Origin: Bacteroidia bacterium
Lineage (GTDB): Bacteria > Bacteroidota > Bacteroidia > NS11-12g > UBA9320
DNA length: 64,000 nucleotides
Reading direction: 5' to 3'
Assembly (NCBI GenBank): GCA_965216465.1
Contig: CBDCFW010000006.1
Coordinates: 608,001 to 672,000, forward strand
Positions 30,376-40,108 of this stretch are shown in pieces. The position numbers and the translations under genes were made by a program. The notes under the pieces were generated by a model. The model made no database searches. It saw only the letters and a program-made list of their open reading frames with translations, and had not been told where the DNA came from. Position 1 is the stretch's first letter. Each line of letters begins with the position of its first letter.

Positions 30376-31452
30376 TTAATAATCGTTTCCTTGCATTTTT
30401 CTGACAATTCGCTGCTTCAAGCCAGGCAATCGATTTAAGGTTCGAAGTACCATGTGGTGCGATGAAGGGTTCAACATTACAGCATTAAGCATACGTGCTC
30501 CGGCAATACGAGAGCCAAAAGCAGAACGCCAATTGGTAGAGTAATGCTTTCTTACAGCATTAGGTTGTTGCAATATGGCTTCTGCCAAGATCTTAGATCC
30601 GTGCAGTGCCATGCTCATACCATTACCAGATAGCGGACTTATAGCTCCTGCTGCGTCTCCGACAAAAAGGAAATTATGATCAAAAAGGGCTTTTCTGCTA
30701 AACTGTATGTTACTAATAGTCAACGGCTTGTTGAAAATAAATTCTGCTCCTTTCCAAATTTTCTTAAGCTGATTATTCTTCCAAAGTACAGCTTCTTCAA
30801 CAGCTGCAATCCCTCCTTCCGCCCTGATCAAACTAGAATCTATCAGGTAGCACAAACAAGAAACATCTTCTTCAATTTTGCTCATACCACAATATCCACC
30901 TTGAAAAGAATGCAAGGCTATTTCATCACTGGGATGATCATATTTGATGTGATACTTGACCCCGACAAAATTTCGTGTTTTTTTCGGGACACCACCGGCA
31001 TAGCTTGGCGGATACTTGCCGTAACTAGCCACAACCAAGTCACAATTATATTGTTGACCGTTGATGTGCATTGAATTGACACTGGCGTCTTCCACTTTGC
31101 TTTGATCTAGGTAAGTGATGTCTTCTTGCTTGACCAAATCACAGAGAAGATCATCTAACATGAATCTACTGATTCCAATCCCGCCGACATCTAAATTAGC
31201 CCGGGTTTCAGCCCCTTTTTCGGAACTTAGAACAAGTTTATTAATCTGAGGCAGGTTCATTTGCGAAAGCGGAATACCCAGCCGCTCAAGAAATCCAAGA
31301 GATTCCATACTTAGAAACTCACCACAAACCTTATGTCTGGGATACGTTCCTTGTTCCGCAAGCAAGACTTTCTTTCCTGCTCGAGAAAGCTGTAAAGCAA
31401 GACTCATACCCGCTAAACCTGCACCAATTATGCCTACATCATAGCGTTCCAT
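30376..31452 (-). CDS. FAD-dependent oxidoreductase/monooxygenase
   Basis: IIGAGLAG, PRHKVCGEFLS and VGDAAGAISPLSGNGMSMA motifs; ATG 31452 (track uses TTG 31458). Confidence 0.9.
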   Translation of the reverse strand: MERYDVGIIGAGLAGMSLALQLSRAGKKVLLAEQGTYPRHKVCGEFLSMESLGFLERLGIPLSQMNLPQINKLVLSSEKGAETRANLDVGGIGISRFMLDDLLCDLVKQEDITYLDQSKVEDASVNSMHINGQQYNCDLVVASYGKYPPSYAGGVPKKTRNFVGVKYHIKYDHPSDEIALHSFQGGYCGMSKIEEDVSCLCYLIDSSLIRAEGGIAAVEEAVLWKNNQLKKIWKGAEFIFNKPLTISNIQFSRKALFDHNFLFVGDAAGAISPLSGNGMSMALHGSKILAEAILQQPNAVRKHYSTNWRSAFGSRIAGARMLNAVMLNPSSHHMVLRTLNRLPGLKQRIVRKMQGNDY

Positions 31453-32110
31453 TGACAATGATTCGATGTCTAAAAGCCCATTTATTCTCGATGGTATAAT
31501 TCTCGATACCTGCTTGCTTCATCATACTTTGCCATTCCTTCTTTTTAAATCCTCGACGGACCGACAAGGGTGCATCATTCTTAACCAAATACGACTTTGA
31601 GAACAGGCTGCTTAGAATTTTGATTCCATAATACGCCAATCGATTCCTTTCCAAATCGTTGATTATCAACAATTTTCCTTTAGCATTTACCTCTTGAAGA
31701 AAAGCAACAATATCCTCCTCTTCGAAATGATGAAAAAAGAGGCAAGCATGTATCACATTCACTTGGGGCAATTCAAGAACCACTTTGAAGTCATCCTGAA
31801 TCAAAGTCACCTGATCATTCGCACAGACCTCATTGGCATAGGCCACACATTCTGTTTTGATATCTATTCCAACCAATTTTGCTTCTGGCAATGCCTTCCT
31901 AAATTCGGAGAGGAAGTGACCTCCTCCACAACCAATGTCAGCAAGACCAGTGATCTTTTGTTCAATTTTGGGTAGTGCTTTTATAGATAATGCATAACCT
32001 CCCAACAATCGATTGATGGTATGCAACTCATCCAGATTCACTTTGAGATCTTCAAAGGGAACATCCCCGTCTATCAGCTCTTTTTGGTATGATCTCTCCT
32101 TAAATTTCAT
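31439..32110 (-). CDS. SAM-dependent methyltransferase (type III PKS-associated)
   Basis: RSYQKELID, DIGCGGG, LFFHHF, INDLER and DAPLSVRRGF motifs; ATG 32110 overlaps the PKS stop. Confidence 0.88.
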   Translation of the reverse strand: MKFKERSYQKELIDGDVPFEDLKVNLDELHTINRLLGGYALSIKALPKIEQKITGLADIGCGGGHFLSEFRKALPEAKLVGIDIKTECVAYANEVCANDQVTLIQDDFKVVLELPQVNVIHACLFFHHFEEEDIVAFLQEVNAKGKLLIINDLERNRLAYYGIKILSSLFSKSYLVKNDAPLSVRRGFKKKEWQSMMKQAGIENYTIENKWAFRHRIIVNGTL

Positions 32111-33113
32111 GCAGAAGTAAGCTTTCAAAGGTGAGGCCAGGACCAAATGCACAAGCAATAATCTCTTTCCGTTGGCTTCCTTGTTTAAAGAATCGATCCA
32201 ATACAAATAGTATGGTTGCTGAAGACATATTACCGAATTGCCGAAGTACTTCTCTCGAATGACTTAATCGATTATTCTCAAGATCCATCCCTGTTTCTAT
32301 GCTATCTAGTATTTGCCTTCCGCCAGGATGCACCACCCAATCAAGGTTATGAAGCTCTCGATCATACAGCTGCTCTTTGACGATGAGATCACGAATAAAA
32401 CTCGGTATCTCATTACTCAGGGTCATCAGAAATCCGTTTTGATTTATACGCCAACTCATGTCCTCCGCCGAATGCGGAATTATCCTTGAAGCAGACTCGT
32501 CAATTCTTAGTCCTTTCACTGCTTCTGAGCTAATTACCACTGCAGCTGCACCATCCGCAAACAAGCTATTGGAAATCAAATAATCTGGATGATACTCAGT
32601 TCTGAAATGCAGGGTACATAGCTCAGCACTTACTAGAAGTACCTTTCTACCAGCAGTTCTGCATATTTCTTGAGCCAAACGTAAACCCGTTATCGCCGCA
32701 TAGCAACCCATAAAGTTGATGTTATATCTTCGGATATTCCTTGGCAAGTTAAATCGATCGATAAGCTCAAATTCCAAGCCTGGAGCTTGCATACCCGTAC
32801 AACTGATGGTAATGACATCCGTAAATTCTTCAAGTTCTTCTTGGCTTAGCTTTAGACCTTCGACTGCTTCAATCACCAATTTGCTCGCTTCGTGATGATA
32901 AAATGCCATCTTCTCTTCCACCTTCATTGAAGGGATACGTTCAAGGTCTTTTACTACCGTATGCCGGGTGTCAATACCGCTTCGACGGCAAATCATCTGA
33001 ATCTGTCGTTTGATCGTTTCGTCTGCTGCTGTTGAGCTGAAAAAATCAGCAAACTCCTGCTGAGTTATTACTCTAGAAGGAACAACTGTATTGATGTGTG
33101 AAATGGTACTCAA
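32100..33113 (-). CDS. Type III polyketide synthase (chalcone synthase-like)
   Basis: Cys-His-Asn triad context: FMGCYAA, HPGG, GNMSSAT; also LFADGAAA and AFGPGLT. Confidence 0.95.
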   Translation of the reverse strand: MSTISHINTVVPSRVITQQEFADFFSSTAADETIKRQIQMICRRSGIDTRHTVVKDLERIPSMKVEEKMAFYHHEASKLVIEAVEGLKLSQEELEEFTDVITISCTGMQAPGLEFELIDRFNLPRNIRRYNINFMGCYAAITGLRLAQEICRTAGRKVLLVSAELCTLHFRTEYHPDYLISNSLFADGAAAVVISSEAVKGLRIDESASRIIPHSAEDMSWRINQNGFLMTLSNEIPSFIRDLIVKEQLYDRELHNLDWVVHPGGRQILDSIETGMDLENNRLSHSREVLRQFGNMSSATILFVLDRFFKQGSQRKEIIACAFGPGLTFESLLLHEI

Positions 33114-33964
33114 AAAATCAGGATTAATAATAGGTAAAACAGATTAAACGTAATAGCTGCTAAAACATTAAACCTCATTGTGTCCTTAAAGTTTGCTTGT
33201 GCCTGATTTTTAATCACCTTTGAGAACCAAAGGCTGAATGCTATTATCACAGGTAACTGGATGATTAACAACAGATTAAACTCCTGACTTTGCCAACCAA
33301 AATAAAAGAAATAACACAGGTTTGCTAGGGCAAAACACAACGCAGAAAAAATAAATGTACCGCGATATCCAAGCAGATAGCTAATGGTTCTGACCCCATC
33401 AGCAAGATCTTCTTCGTGCTGATAAATCTGTGATATGGGGTAAACTGCTCCAATCTGTAAACTGGCTGCAATTGCAGCTAGATACATGTTGGGTTCTACC
33501 TCCGCTCCCAATCCAAACAAGCAAGCAATAAATGTGAATCCTCCTTGAAAAAAGATTACCCATAGAAAGCCGAGGATAGGATATCGTTTAAGCCGAATCT
33601 TCCTGTGGCTGTATGCCCGTGATGCAATAATGTATAAAGACACAAGTCCTCCAAACTCCCAACCGACTAGAAGACTTGATAGTAATACAGCTGAGACATC
33701 CATTGCATTTGAAAAATACAAGATGAATCGATTGATGGGAGGAGGAGATTCCAATCCGCCAATGCTTCCTTGGTCATTGTCGTGGTAACTGTTGAACGCA
33801 TTGCTTGATGGATAAACCAAGAGATGAAGTACGATAAAGATGGTTATCCCTTCTTGCCAACCTGGTGATTCTGATTGGGAAAGTGCAAATAAAAATACAG
33901 GCAAAAGCAAGACCGAGAATGGAATTCTCAGGTGAATCAGTGCATCTTTAATTTCCTTACTCAA
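33110..33964 (-). CDS. UbiA-family prenyltransferase
   Basis: Multi-TM protein with NSYHDNDQG, YSH...RLK and QHEEDLADGVRT Asp-rich motifs. Confidence 0.88.
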   Translation of the reverse strand: MSKEIKDALIHLRIPFSVLLLPVFLFALSQSESPGWQEGITIFIVLHLLVYPSSNAFNSYHDNDQGSIGGLESPPPINRFILYFSNAMDVSAVLLSSLLVGWEFGGLVSLYIIASRAYSHRKIRLKRYPILGFLWVIFFQGGFTFIACLFGLGAEVEPNMYLAAIAASLQIGAVYPISQIYQHEEDLADGVRTISYLLGYRGTFIFSALCFALANLCYFFYFGWQSQEFNLLLIIQLPVIIAFSLWFSKVIKNQAQANFKDTMRFNVLAAITFNLFYLLLILIF

Positions 33965-33965
33965 C

Positions 33966-34517
33966 TTACAGATTAACTCTTCTAGACAGTCTTAATTGCC
34001 ACAAAGTGATCCAGCCTTGACCAACATCCTCGCCTTCGCTCATCACATTGATCTCAAAACCGTTGACGAAGGCTGTACCTACATCCCAGTTATCACCAAG
34101 ATGGAAAAGGTAGCCCAATTCAAAGGTGGGTTGAAAGACCGTTATATCTGTGCTCCCCTTTTTTACGATTTCAGAATCGTCAATCCAATTGATCTTCATT
34201 CTCCACAGATCAGTGCGCAATCCCAAGTAGATTCCAGAACATTCCTTCATGGGGTAATAACGATAGCCAAATGAAACACCAGGACCACCTCCTTCTTCGT
34301 AGTCATTGAGTCCACTAAAATCTTTTCGATCCGAGAAATTATACGCCACCCGGGCATTCCAGCTATGAACAGTGGTCTTGAAAGGACTTTCGACTTGAAC
34401 ACCTACAATATAGCCTGCAGGATAGAAGTTGTACTCCGGTCCTAGGAGGATAGATTGAGGCTTGGCTTCATTGAGTGAAAAGCAAAAAATTATAAAAAGG
34501 ATGATACGCCATCTCAT
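33966..34517 (-). CDS. Small outer-membrane beta-barrel hypothetical protein; first gene of the operon
   Basis: Signal peptide; GYRYY, YLGLRTD and ELGY strands; TATATTTG just upstream on the minus strand. Confidence 0.7.
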   Translation of the reverse strand: MRWRIILFIIFCFSLNEAKPQSILLGPEYNFYPAGYIVGVQVESPFKTTVHSWNARVAYNFSDRKDFSGLNDYEEGGGPGVSFGYRYYPMKECSGIYLGLRTDLWRMKINWIDDSEIVKKGSTDITVFQPTFELGYLFHLGDNWDVGTAFVNGFEINVMSEGEDVGQGWITLWQLRLSRRVNL

Positions 34518-34572
34518 TAATCAAATATAATCAGAAATTGGGGGGTTAGAGAAAGTTAAAAGTAATAATTGA
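34462..34572. repeat. 111-bp direct repeat, copy 1 (promoter and first codons of the 34517 gene)
   Basis: Matches 35252-35362 with 3 mismatches. Confidence 0.95.
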
Positions 34573-34700
34573 GAAAGATTGACAATTGGTCTGATAGCAC
34601 CTAAGGATGTAGGAGCATAAATGTTATTTTGATCTACAATAGATTCTCATCTTACAATCTAGAATAAATTGGTATATTGCGTAGACTAATCGATTGTAAT

Positions 34701-34841
34701 ATGCCAGGATCAGAAGAACAGAAAAAAGATGAGGCGCTATCCACATTAAAAAAATGTATAACGATACCCGAGATTTACGCGGTCATGCCAGCCATTTCAA
34801 ATGTAGGGGCACTGGCCCTCGAAGGGCGGTTTGTGAGGTAA
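34701..34841 (+). CDS. Small ORF (46 aa) between the direct repeats
   Basis: MPGSEEQKKDEALSTLKKCITIPEIYAVMPAISNVGALALEGRFVR; below the track cutoff. Confidence 0.3.
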   Translation: MPGSEEQKKDEALSTLKKCITIPEIYAVMPAISNVGALALEGRFVR

Positions 34842-34890
34842 CAAAATTTCTTTTATCGTTAAGCAGTAAACACAAAATAGAAAAATAGAT

Positions 34891-35070
34891 ATGGACAATA
34901 ATAGTGATCAAAAGACAATTGAAAAGGAACTAGCACGAATTATAAACATAACAAGATTGCTCGATAATAAGATTAAGAAATCAGGCAGCTCTGTTTCTGA
35001 TGAACTACTTAGAGATCTGAAAAAAGCACAAGAACTAATTAAGAAATTCAAACCATTGTTGTTAGAGTGA
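34891..35070 (+). CDS. Small helical ORF (59 aa) between the direct repeats
   Basis: MDNNSDQKTIEKELARIINITRLLDNKIKKSGSSVSDELLRDLKKAQELIKKFKPLLLE; A-rich leader. Confidence 0.45.
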   Translation: MDNNSDQKTIEKELARIINITRLLDNKIKKSGSSVSDELLRDLKKAQELIKKFKPLLLE

Positions 35071-35251
35071 TGTACAGTATGTGCTGCGATTCACTGTAAT
35101 TAGTACAATACCTTTTTCTATTAAGGCCTAGAAGGCTAAATAACGTGTTCATTTTACTCTTAGAACTGACTATTCAATAAATCGATGTAATAAGGATGTG
35201 CTAGAAAGATGCTTACCACTCTGAAATCAGATAAACCTGAGTTCATCCATA

Positions 35252-35362
35252 TTGGCTTCATTGAGTGAAAAGCAAAAAATCATAAAAAGGATGATACGCC
35301 ATCTCATTACTCAAATATAATCAGAAATTGGGGGGTTAGAGAAGGTTAAAAGTAATAATTGA
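35252..35362. repeat. 111-bp direct repeat, copy 2
   Basis: Matches 34462-34572; on the minus strand it opens only a 26-aa peptide (35227-35307). Confidence 0.95.
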
Positions 35363-35568
35363 ATCAGGATGTAAGATTAGAGGCCTTCCAGGCGATAAAG
35401 CGAACTAGTTTCTCAGTAATAAGGTATAAAGAAATGAACCAAATTTATCAGTTCATTGTATTACTTACTGAAGAACTTCTCAAAAGGATTCGTCCTGTCG
35501 AATAAAAGCGCATATTTGACCCCTCCTTGAGCTTAACTTGAAAGAGCTGCGTTTCTAAGATATAAATC

Positions 35569-36924
35569 ATGAACAAAAAAATCGGAATTGACGACATTGC
35601 CTTCCAGGCACCAAAGCTTTACCTTCCAATCGCTGAACTTGCAGAAGCGAGAGGAATTGAAAACTCAAAACTAAAGTTTGGCCTGGGGCTAGAGCAGATG
35701 TCTGTTTGCGACGCTGATGAAGACATCGTAACACTATCTGCGGCAGCAGCCTTGAAATTGATTAAGCAACAATCATTAAATCCCAAAGATATTGGACGTA
35801 TCTACATGGGCACAGAAAGTACTGTTGATGGCTCAAAACCGATTAGCAGTTATGTGCATGGTCTCTTGAACAAGGAATTTGAAAACAAGGGTTACGGCCC
35901 TAATGCTTTACTGCATGCGGATGTAGTAGACATGACATTTGCTTGTATTGGGGCTGTAGATGCCATGCAAAACTCATTGTACTATGTTGCTGCTAATCCC
36001 GGAAAGGTTGCTATAGTTATTGCTGGTGATATCGCCAATTACGACCTTGGTTCGAGTGGAGAATACACCCAGGGTGCTGGGGCGATTGCTCTTCTGATCA
36101 AAGAAGATCCTCAATTGATGGAGATCGATCCACAATGGGGCGTTGCTACGCAAAATGAGCATGACTTTTTCAAGCCCATACGTTTAGAAATGCGTGATGG
36201 TGAGTTGCAAGAATTACATGATGAAAAACCAATTTTCGATGGTCAATTTTCAAATCAAACCTACCAAGATCGTATTACCGAGGCATGGGCACATTACGAT
36301 GGTGAATCTGCTATCACTTCGTTTGGCACCTTAGTTTTTCATTTGCCTTATGCCTTTCACGGACGGAGGATTATTGCTCCTCTTTACCTTAACGAATTAA
36401 GACAACAGGGAAAATTAAATGCTTTAGCAGCCGAGAATGGTTTAGATCCAGATAGTCCTGATTTTACAAAGCTTTTCACTAAAACAGATCACTATAAAAA
36501 CTGGGTTGGAAAGACTATCGCAAAAGGAGAACAATTCTCATCAGCGATGGGGAATCTATATACAGCAAGCATATTCTTGAGTTTGATGAGCAGTTTGGAG
36601 AATGGAGATCATCAACCAGGCGAAAGCATCTTATTTTTTGCTTATGGTTCAGGGTCAAAATCAAAAGTTTTCAGTGCAAAGCTTGGTGATCAGTTTAATG
36701 AAAGAGTGATGAAATGGAAGACCGCTGAACAACTTGAACAACGTAAAGCCATCAGCTTTGACGACTATATTGCCCTACGAACAACGCTAATGAACAAAGC
36801 TATTGAGCAAAGATCAGGCTTTATGCAAATTTCTAGTGGTTCCGGTGAATTGAACAGATTTTCAAGAGAATATGCTTATCGTGAGGTGGTCTTAGAGGCT
36901 TCGGGTGAACTTTCAAAGTATTGA
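35569..36924 (+). CDS. mvaS: Hydroxymethylglutaryl-CoA synthase (mevalonate pathway)
   Basis: GTESTVDGSKP, FACIGA (catalytic Cys), GEYTQGAGA, FHLPY, GNLYTAS and YGSGS motifs. Confidence 0.92.
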   Translation: MNKKIGIDDIAFQAPKLYLPIAELAEARGIENSKLKFGLGLEQMSVCDADEDIVTLSAAAALKLIKQQSLNPKDIGRIYMGTESTVDGSKPISSYVHGLLNKEFENKGYGPNALLHADVVDMTFACIGAVDAMQNSLYYVAANPGKVAIVIAGDIANYDLGSSGEYTQGAGAIALLIKEDPQLMEIDPQWGVATQNEHDFFKPIRLEMRDGELQELHDEKPIFDGQFSNQTYQDRITEAWAHYDGESAITSFGTLVFHLPYAFHGRRIIAPLYLNELRQQGKLNALAAENGLDPDSPDFTKLFTKTDHYKNWVGKTIAKGEQFSSAMGNLYTASIFLSLMSSLENGDHQPGESILFFAYGSGSKSKVFSAKLGDQFNERVMKWKTAEQLEQRKAISFDDYIALRTTLMNKAIEQRSGFMQISSGSGELNRFSREYAYREVVLEASGELSKY

Positions 36925-36974
36925 GCAGGAGTAAGGAGCAAATTAACTCTTGCTCCAGAATTTTACCTCTTGCA
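36923..36974. repeat. REP-like imperfect palindromic element, copy A
   Basis: GAGCAGGAGTAAGGAGCAA...CTCTTGCTCCA...CTCTTGCA; related to 38543-38593. Confidence 0.65.
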
Positions 36975-37076
36975 CATATGCAGCCCACCAAACGTGACAA
37001 CTATCCAAGCAAATCTAGGATCTTTTTAGTACTGGGTCTCAGATTACTGGATTACATAAATGTTGTAACTTTGGGG

Positions 37077-37556
37077 ATGCTATCAAAGCTCCTATGTTGC
37101 TCCTTGCTCATTCTAGGTTACTTCAAAGTTACTGCACAGAATCAATTACGATTTGGGTATGGGTCATATGAAGGTATCAACATGAGCATGGTTCATGGTA
37201 TATTCCAAGACTCAGAATTATCTGTAGGTGTAGGTGCTTTTGATCGCTTTACTAAAGACAGACTATACGTATCCGCATTTTTAGAATACAACCTTCCTTT
37301 TCCATACATAAAAAGTGAAAATTGGAGAGTGTCCACATCTCTCATATTTTGGAGGTTGGAGGACCAAAGTTATATCTGGCATATGGGATCAGCTGTTCCA
37401 GCACTTCAATACAGCTATAGAAGCAAGATGGGCGAGTGGAGAATTGGCACAGGACCAGCCTTTAACCTAGTTCTAAACAATCAAAGGAAAACCTATTATG
37501 ATGTAGGTTGGCCTTATCAAGTTGGACTTAATTATTCTGTAAGCCTAACACTATGA
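37077..37556 (+). CDS. Small OM beta-barrel-like hypothetical protein
   Basis: ATG 37077 directly after TAACTTTG; signal peptide ending VTA-Q; ATGA overlap with the next gene. Confidence 0.65.
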   Translation: MLSKLLCCSLLILGYFKVTAQNQLRFGYGSYEGINMSMVHGIFQDSELSVGVGAFDRFTKDRLYVSAFLEYNLPFPYIKSENWRVSTSLIFWRLEDQSYIWHMGSAVPALQYSYRSKMGEWRIGTGPAFNLVLNNQRKTYYDVGWPYQVGLNYSVSLTL

Positions 37557-38392
37557 AGTCAATATGGTTATTCCTTCTGTTTTGTGTTCTATTAGGTTGC
37601 GAGAAGATCAAGTGGTACCCTGATTTACAAGATGACTTCAATGTTGAAACTCAGATTTTAGGTCATAGAGGTGCTGGGGCAGTCAATGCAGTGCACAAAG
37701 AGAACAGTTTATCTGCTGCTCATGAAGGTCTTTCCGTTTTAGATGGAATAGAGGTTGACGTTCAAATAAGCAAGGATAGAACATTGTGGTTATCCCATGA
37801 TATTATGGTTCCTACATGTTCGGGTATATCGCAATTATGCTTTCCTGAAACCAGGGACTCTGTTATAGCACGGGTTTCAAAATGCTCAGGAAGTGAATCT
37901 CTTACTTGCAAATTGGAAGATGTTTTTTTATTGATGAGGGATTCATTTGCTAAAGCGAACATCTCTATCGACGTGAAGGCCTGGACGCCATGTGACGTCA
38001 AAAGTTCTGATATTCTTGGAATGATGAATCTCATTGCTGAGCAAATAATCTTTCTCGCTGAAACGTATAATTTGGATGGTCGTGTTCTAGTAGAAAGCGA
38101 AACTACAAACACACTTCATTTCATCAAGAAAAGAACAGATGCAATTGAATGCTACGTTACCAGTTTTGGAGATTTTGAAAGAGCGATGCAAATCTGTCTT
38201 GAAGGAGGGTTCAATGGAATATCTTTCGAGTACAAGGCCTTAGAAGAAATTGGCCGAAATGAAGTTGGACTGATTCGCAGAAAGGGGTTGAAAATTCAGC
38301 TTTGGACCGTCAATAATGAAGAGACAATTATCGAGGCAATGAGCATTAACCCCGACTATATTCAAACCGACAATTTGGATTACTTTAAGTAA
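37553..38392 (+). CDS. Glycerophosphodiester phosphodiesterase family lipoprotein
   Basis: LLGC lipobox; GHRGAG, ENS, IEVDVQISKD, WTVN and IQTD motifs. Confidence 0.9.
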   Translation: MKSIWLFLLFCVLLGCEKIKWYPDLQDDFNVETQILGHRGAGAVNAVHKENSLSAAHEGLSVLDGIEVDVQISKDRTLWLSHDIMVPTCSGISQLCFPETRDSVIARVSKCSGSESLTCKLEDVFLLMRDSFAKANISIDVKAWTPCDVKSSDILGMMNLIAEQIIFLAETYNLDGRVLVESETTNTLHFIKKRTDAIECYVTSFGDFERAMQICLEGGFNGISFEYKALEEIGRNEVGLIRRKGLKIQLWTVNNEETIIEAMSINPDYIQTDNLDYFK

Positions 38393-38531
38393 TAAAGCTT
38401 GGCGATTGAGACCTAACATGCTTTTCTGTGCTTATTTGTTTGACCAACTTTGAAATAGAGGAATTGTAGGCTTTTGCCTTTTGGTAAACCATAAGTTTTT
38501 CGAAATCGAACATAGATAGTGAATTGTGTTT

Positions 38532-38593
38532 AGCAAGAGTGAGAGCAAGAGTATAGAGCAATAATCTCTTGCTCCATACTCATATCTCTTGCT
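38532..38593. repeat. REP-like imperfect palindromic element, copy B
   Basis: AGCAAGAG twice...CTCTTGCT twice; abuts the att repeat. Confidence 0.65.
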
Positions 38594-38598
38594 TATTT

Positions 38599-38641
38599 GT
38601 GGGCCCACCTGGGCTCGAACCAGGGACCACCTGATTATGAG
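38599..38641 (-). repeat. att repeat (displaced 3' half of the tRNA), 43 bp
   Basis: Identical to 53686-53728; ends exactly at the anticodon loop CTCATAA. Confidence 0.95.
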
Positions 38642-38716
38642 GGTGCGCGATCGGTTCCGTAAATCATTTATTGTCTGATAGTTAGTGATTTAAGAAATTT
38701 CTTGTTGCACATTTTC

Positions 38717-38777
38717 GTGTCCATTTGTGACATTTTGGGACAATCATACCGGTCAGGCTTGCAAGAAAGCTTGCAAG
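38717..38777. promoter_or_regulatory. Left arm-like recombination motif block
   Basis: GTGTC..GTGACA..GGACA..ATACC..GGCTTGCAAGAAAGCTTGCAAG; mirrors 53579-53639. Confidence 0.65.
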
Positions 38778-38959
38778 ATCATTCAGGTGGTGATTAAATC
38801 ATGTTGTAGTTAAAATTGAGATTGACTTCCTTCAATATAGGAGGAACTGGCAATCAACTTCAATTTTGGTATATGTATAGTTTGAACATGATAATAGTTA
38901 AAGAATGCGAAACTAAAGAATTGCTAACTTGCAGAAGTTAATCTGACAAGCCCTAAAAA

Positions 38960-40012
38960 ATGAATAACGAAGTCAAATCATATAAACCGTCAGGCAAGAA
39001 TGATTTCAGAGATGAAAGGTATAGCCATATGTCAAATCTAAACAAACTGAACAAATCTTTGAAATATGGCAAGACAAAGAACGGCAGTCGCTACTATCAT
39101 GTAATAGAGTTTGATGAATCAAATCCATACAATCTACTTGGGGAAGAAGTGATATTACGACAGGTAAATGAAAGATTCAAATCAAAAGCAGGAGATAAGA
39201 AAAGAGTCTTAACAAATATGCTTGCATCACAAGCTTGTTGTTTCAATTTATTTGCACCCCTTAAGCTCGATGTAAATAAAAACCTCGCCAATTCATTATT
39301 CTCAAATCTGCTTCAAAAGAAAGTAACAGTATCCAGAATAGAAATTGAGTTCACTCCTTCAAAAGAAGAAAGTATCGGAGATCAATCAACAAATGGTGGA
39401 ACTGATTCTGATCTAGCTGTTTTCTATGAAATTGAAACCGGTGGGAAAGGAGTCATTTTACTAGAAATTAAGTACATAGAAGAAAAGTTTTCAGTTTGTT
39501 CATCTTATAGAACTAAAAATGGAAGTTTTAAGGATGGAAACGCAAAACCAAACATTAGGCCTATTTGTGATAACCCCAATTTTATAAATGAGCACAACTC
39601 ACAGAATATAGCTACACCTAGTTGCGGGTATATGAGATATGAAAATTGGGGATTGACAATGAACAGTTCCGTTTTTAACTATGAAGCCATAAAAAAAGCT
39701 CCTTTCTGTCCATTTAGATTTTCATTAAATCAATTATGGAGAAACATGCTTTTAGCTGAGAAAGTGTCTCATCAAAACAATCTTGAAGAATTTCATTTTT
39801 GGGTATTAAGCCCTAAACAGAACATTAAATTGTGGAATAACTACTCTGAAGATGTAGCCAAGGAATTTAGTCAGATATTAACTAACAAAGGAAAAAAATC
39901 CTTTAGAAAATTAGATTTAGAAGAAGACTTTGTAACGTACATTGAATTAAACTCAAAATCTGAATGGAATATGAACTGGATGAAAAAATTTAGAGAAAAA
40001 TACATCGACTGA
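38960..40012 (+). CDS. Putative PD-(D/E)XK restriction-like endonuclease (PGN_0703-like)
   Basis: SQACCFNLFAPL, IEIEF, TDSDLAV, LLEIKYIE and QLWRNMLLA motifs. Confidence 0.75.
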   Translation: MNNEVKSYKPSGKNDFRDERYSHMSNLNKLNKSLKYGKTKNGSRYYHVIEFDESNPYNLLGEEVILRQVNERFKSKAGDKKRVLTNMLASQACCFNLFAPLKLDVNKNLANSLFSNLLQKKVTVSRIEIEFTPSKEESIGDQSTNGGTDSDLAVFYEIETGGKGVILLEIKYIEEKFSVCSSYRTKNGSFKDGNAKPNIRPICDNPNFINEHNSQNIATPSCGYMRYENWGLTMNSSVFNYEAIKKAPFCPFRFSLNQLWRNMLLAEKVSHQNNLEEFHFWVLSPKQNIKLWNNYSEDVAKEFSQILTNKGKKSFRKLDLEEDFVTYIELNSKSEWNMNWMKKFREKYID

Positions 40013-40108
40013 ATGCAACTCATCAACATAAATTAACTTAATGTATCACTTTGTTACAAATTTAGAATTTGAAATTATCGAATTTAATTTCATTAAATTG
40101 ACCCATTT

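Noticed and set aside
36921-37076. N-terminal extension of the 36921-37556 ORF
   Set aside because: It runs through a palindromic repeat and a promoter motif; the signal peptide starts at ATG 37077
38599-38641. Second tRNA gene
   Set aside because: Only the 3' half is present, with no D-arm or acceptor 5' strand, so it is the att duplication
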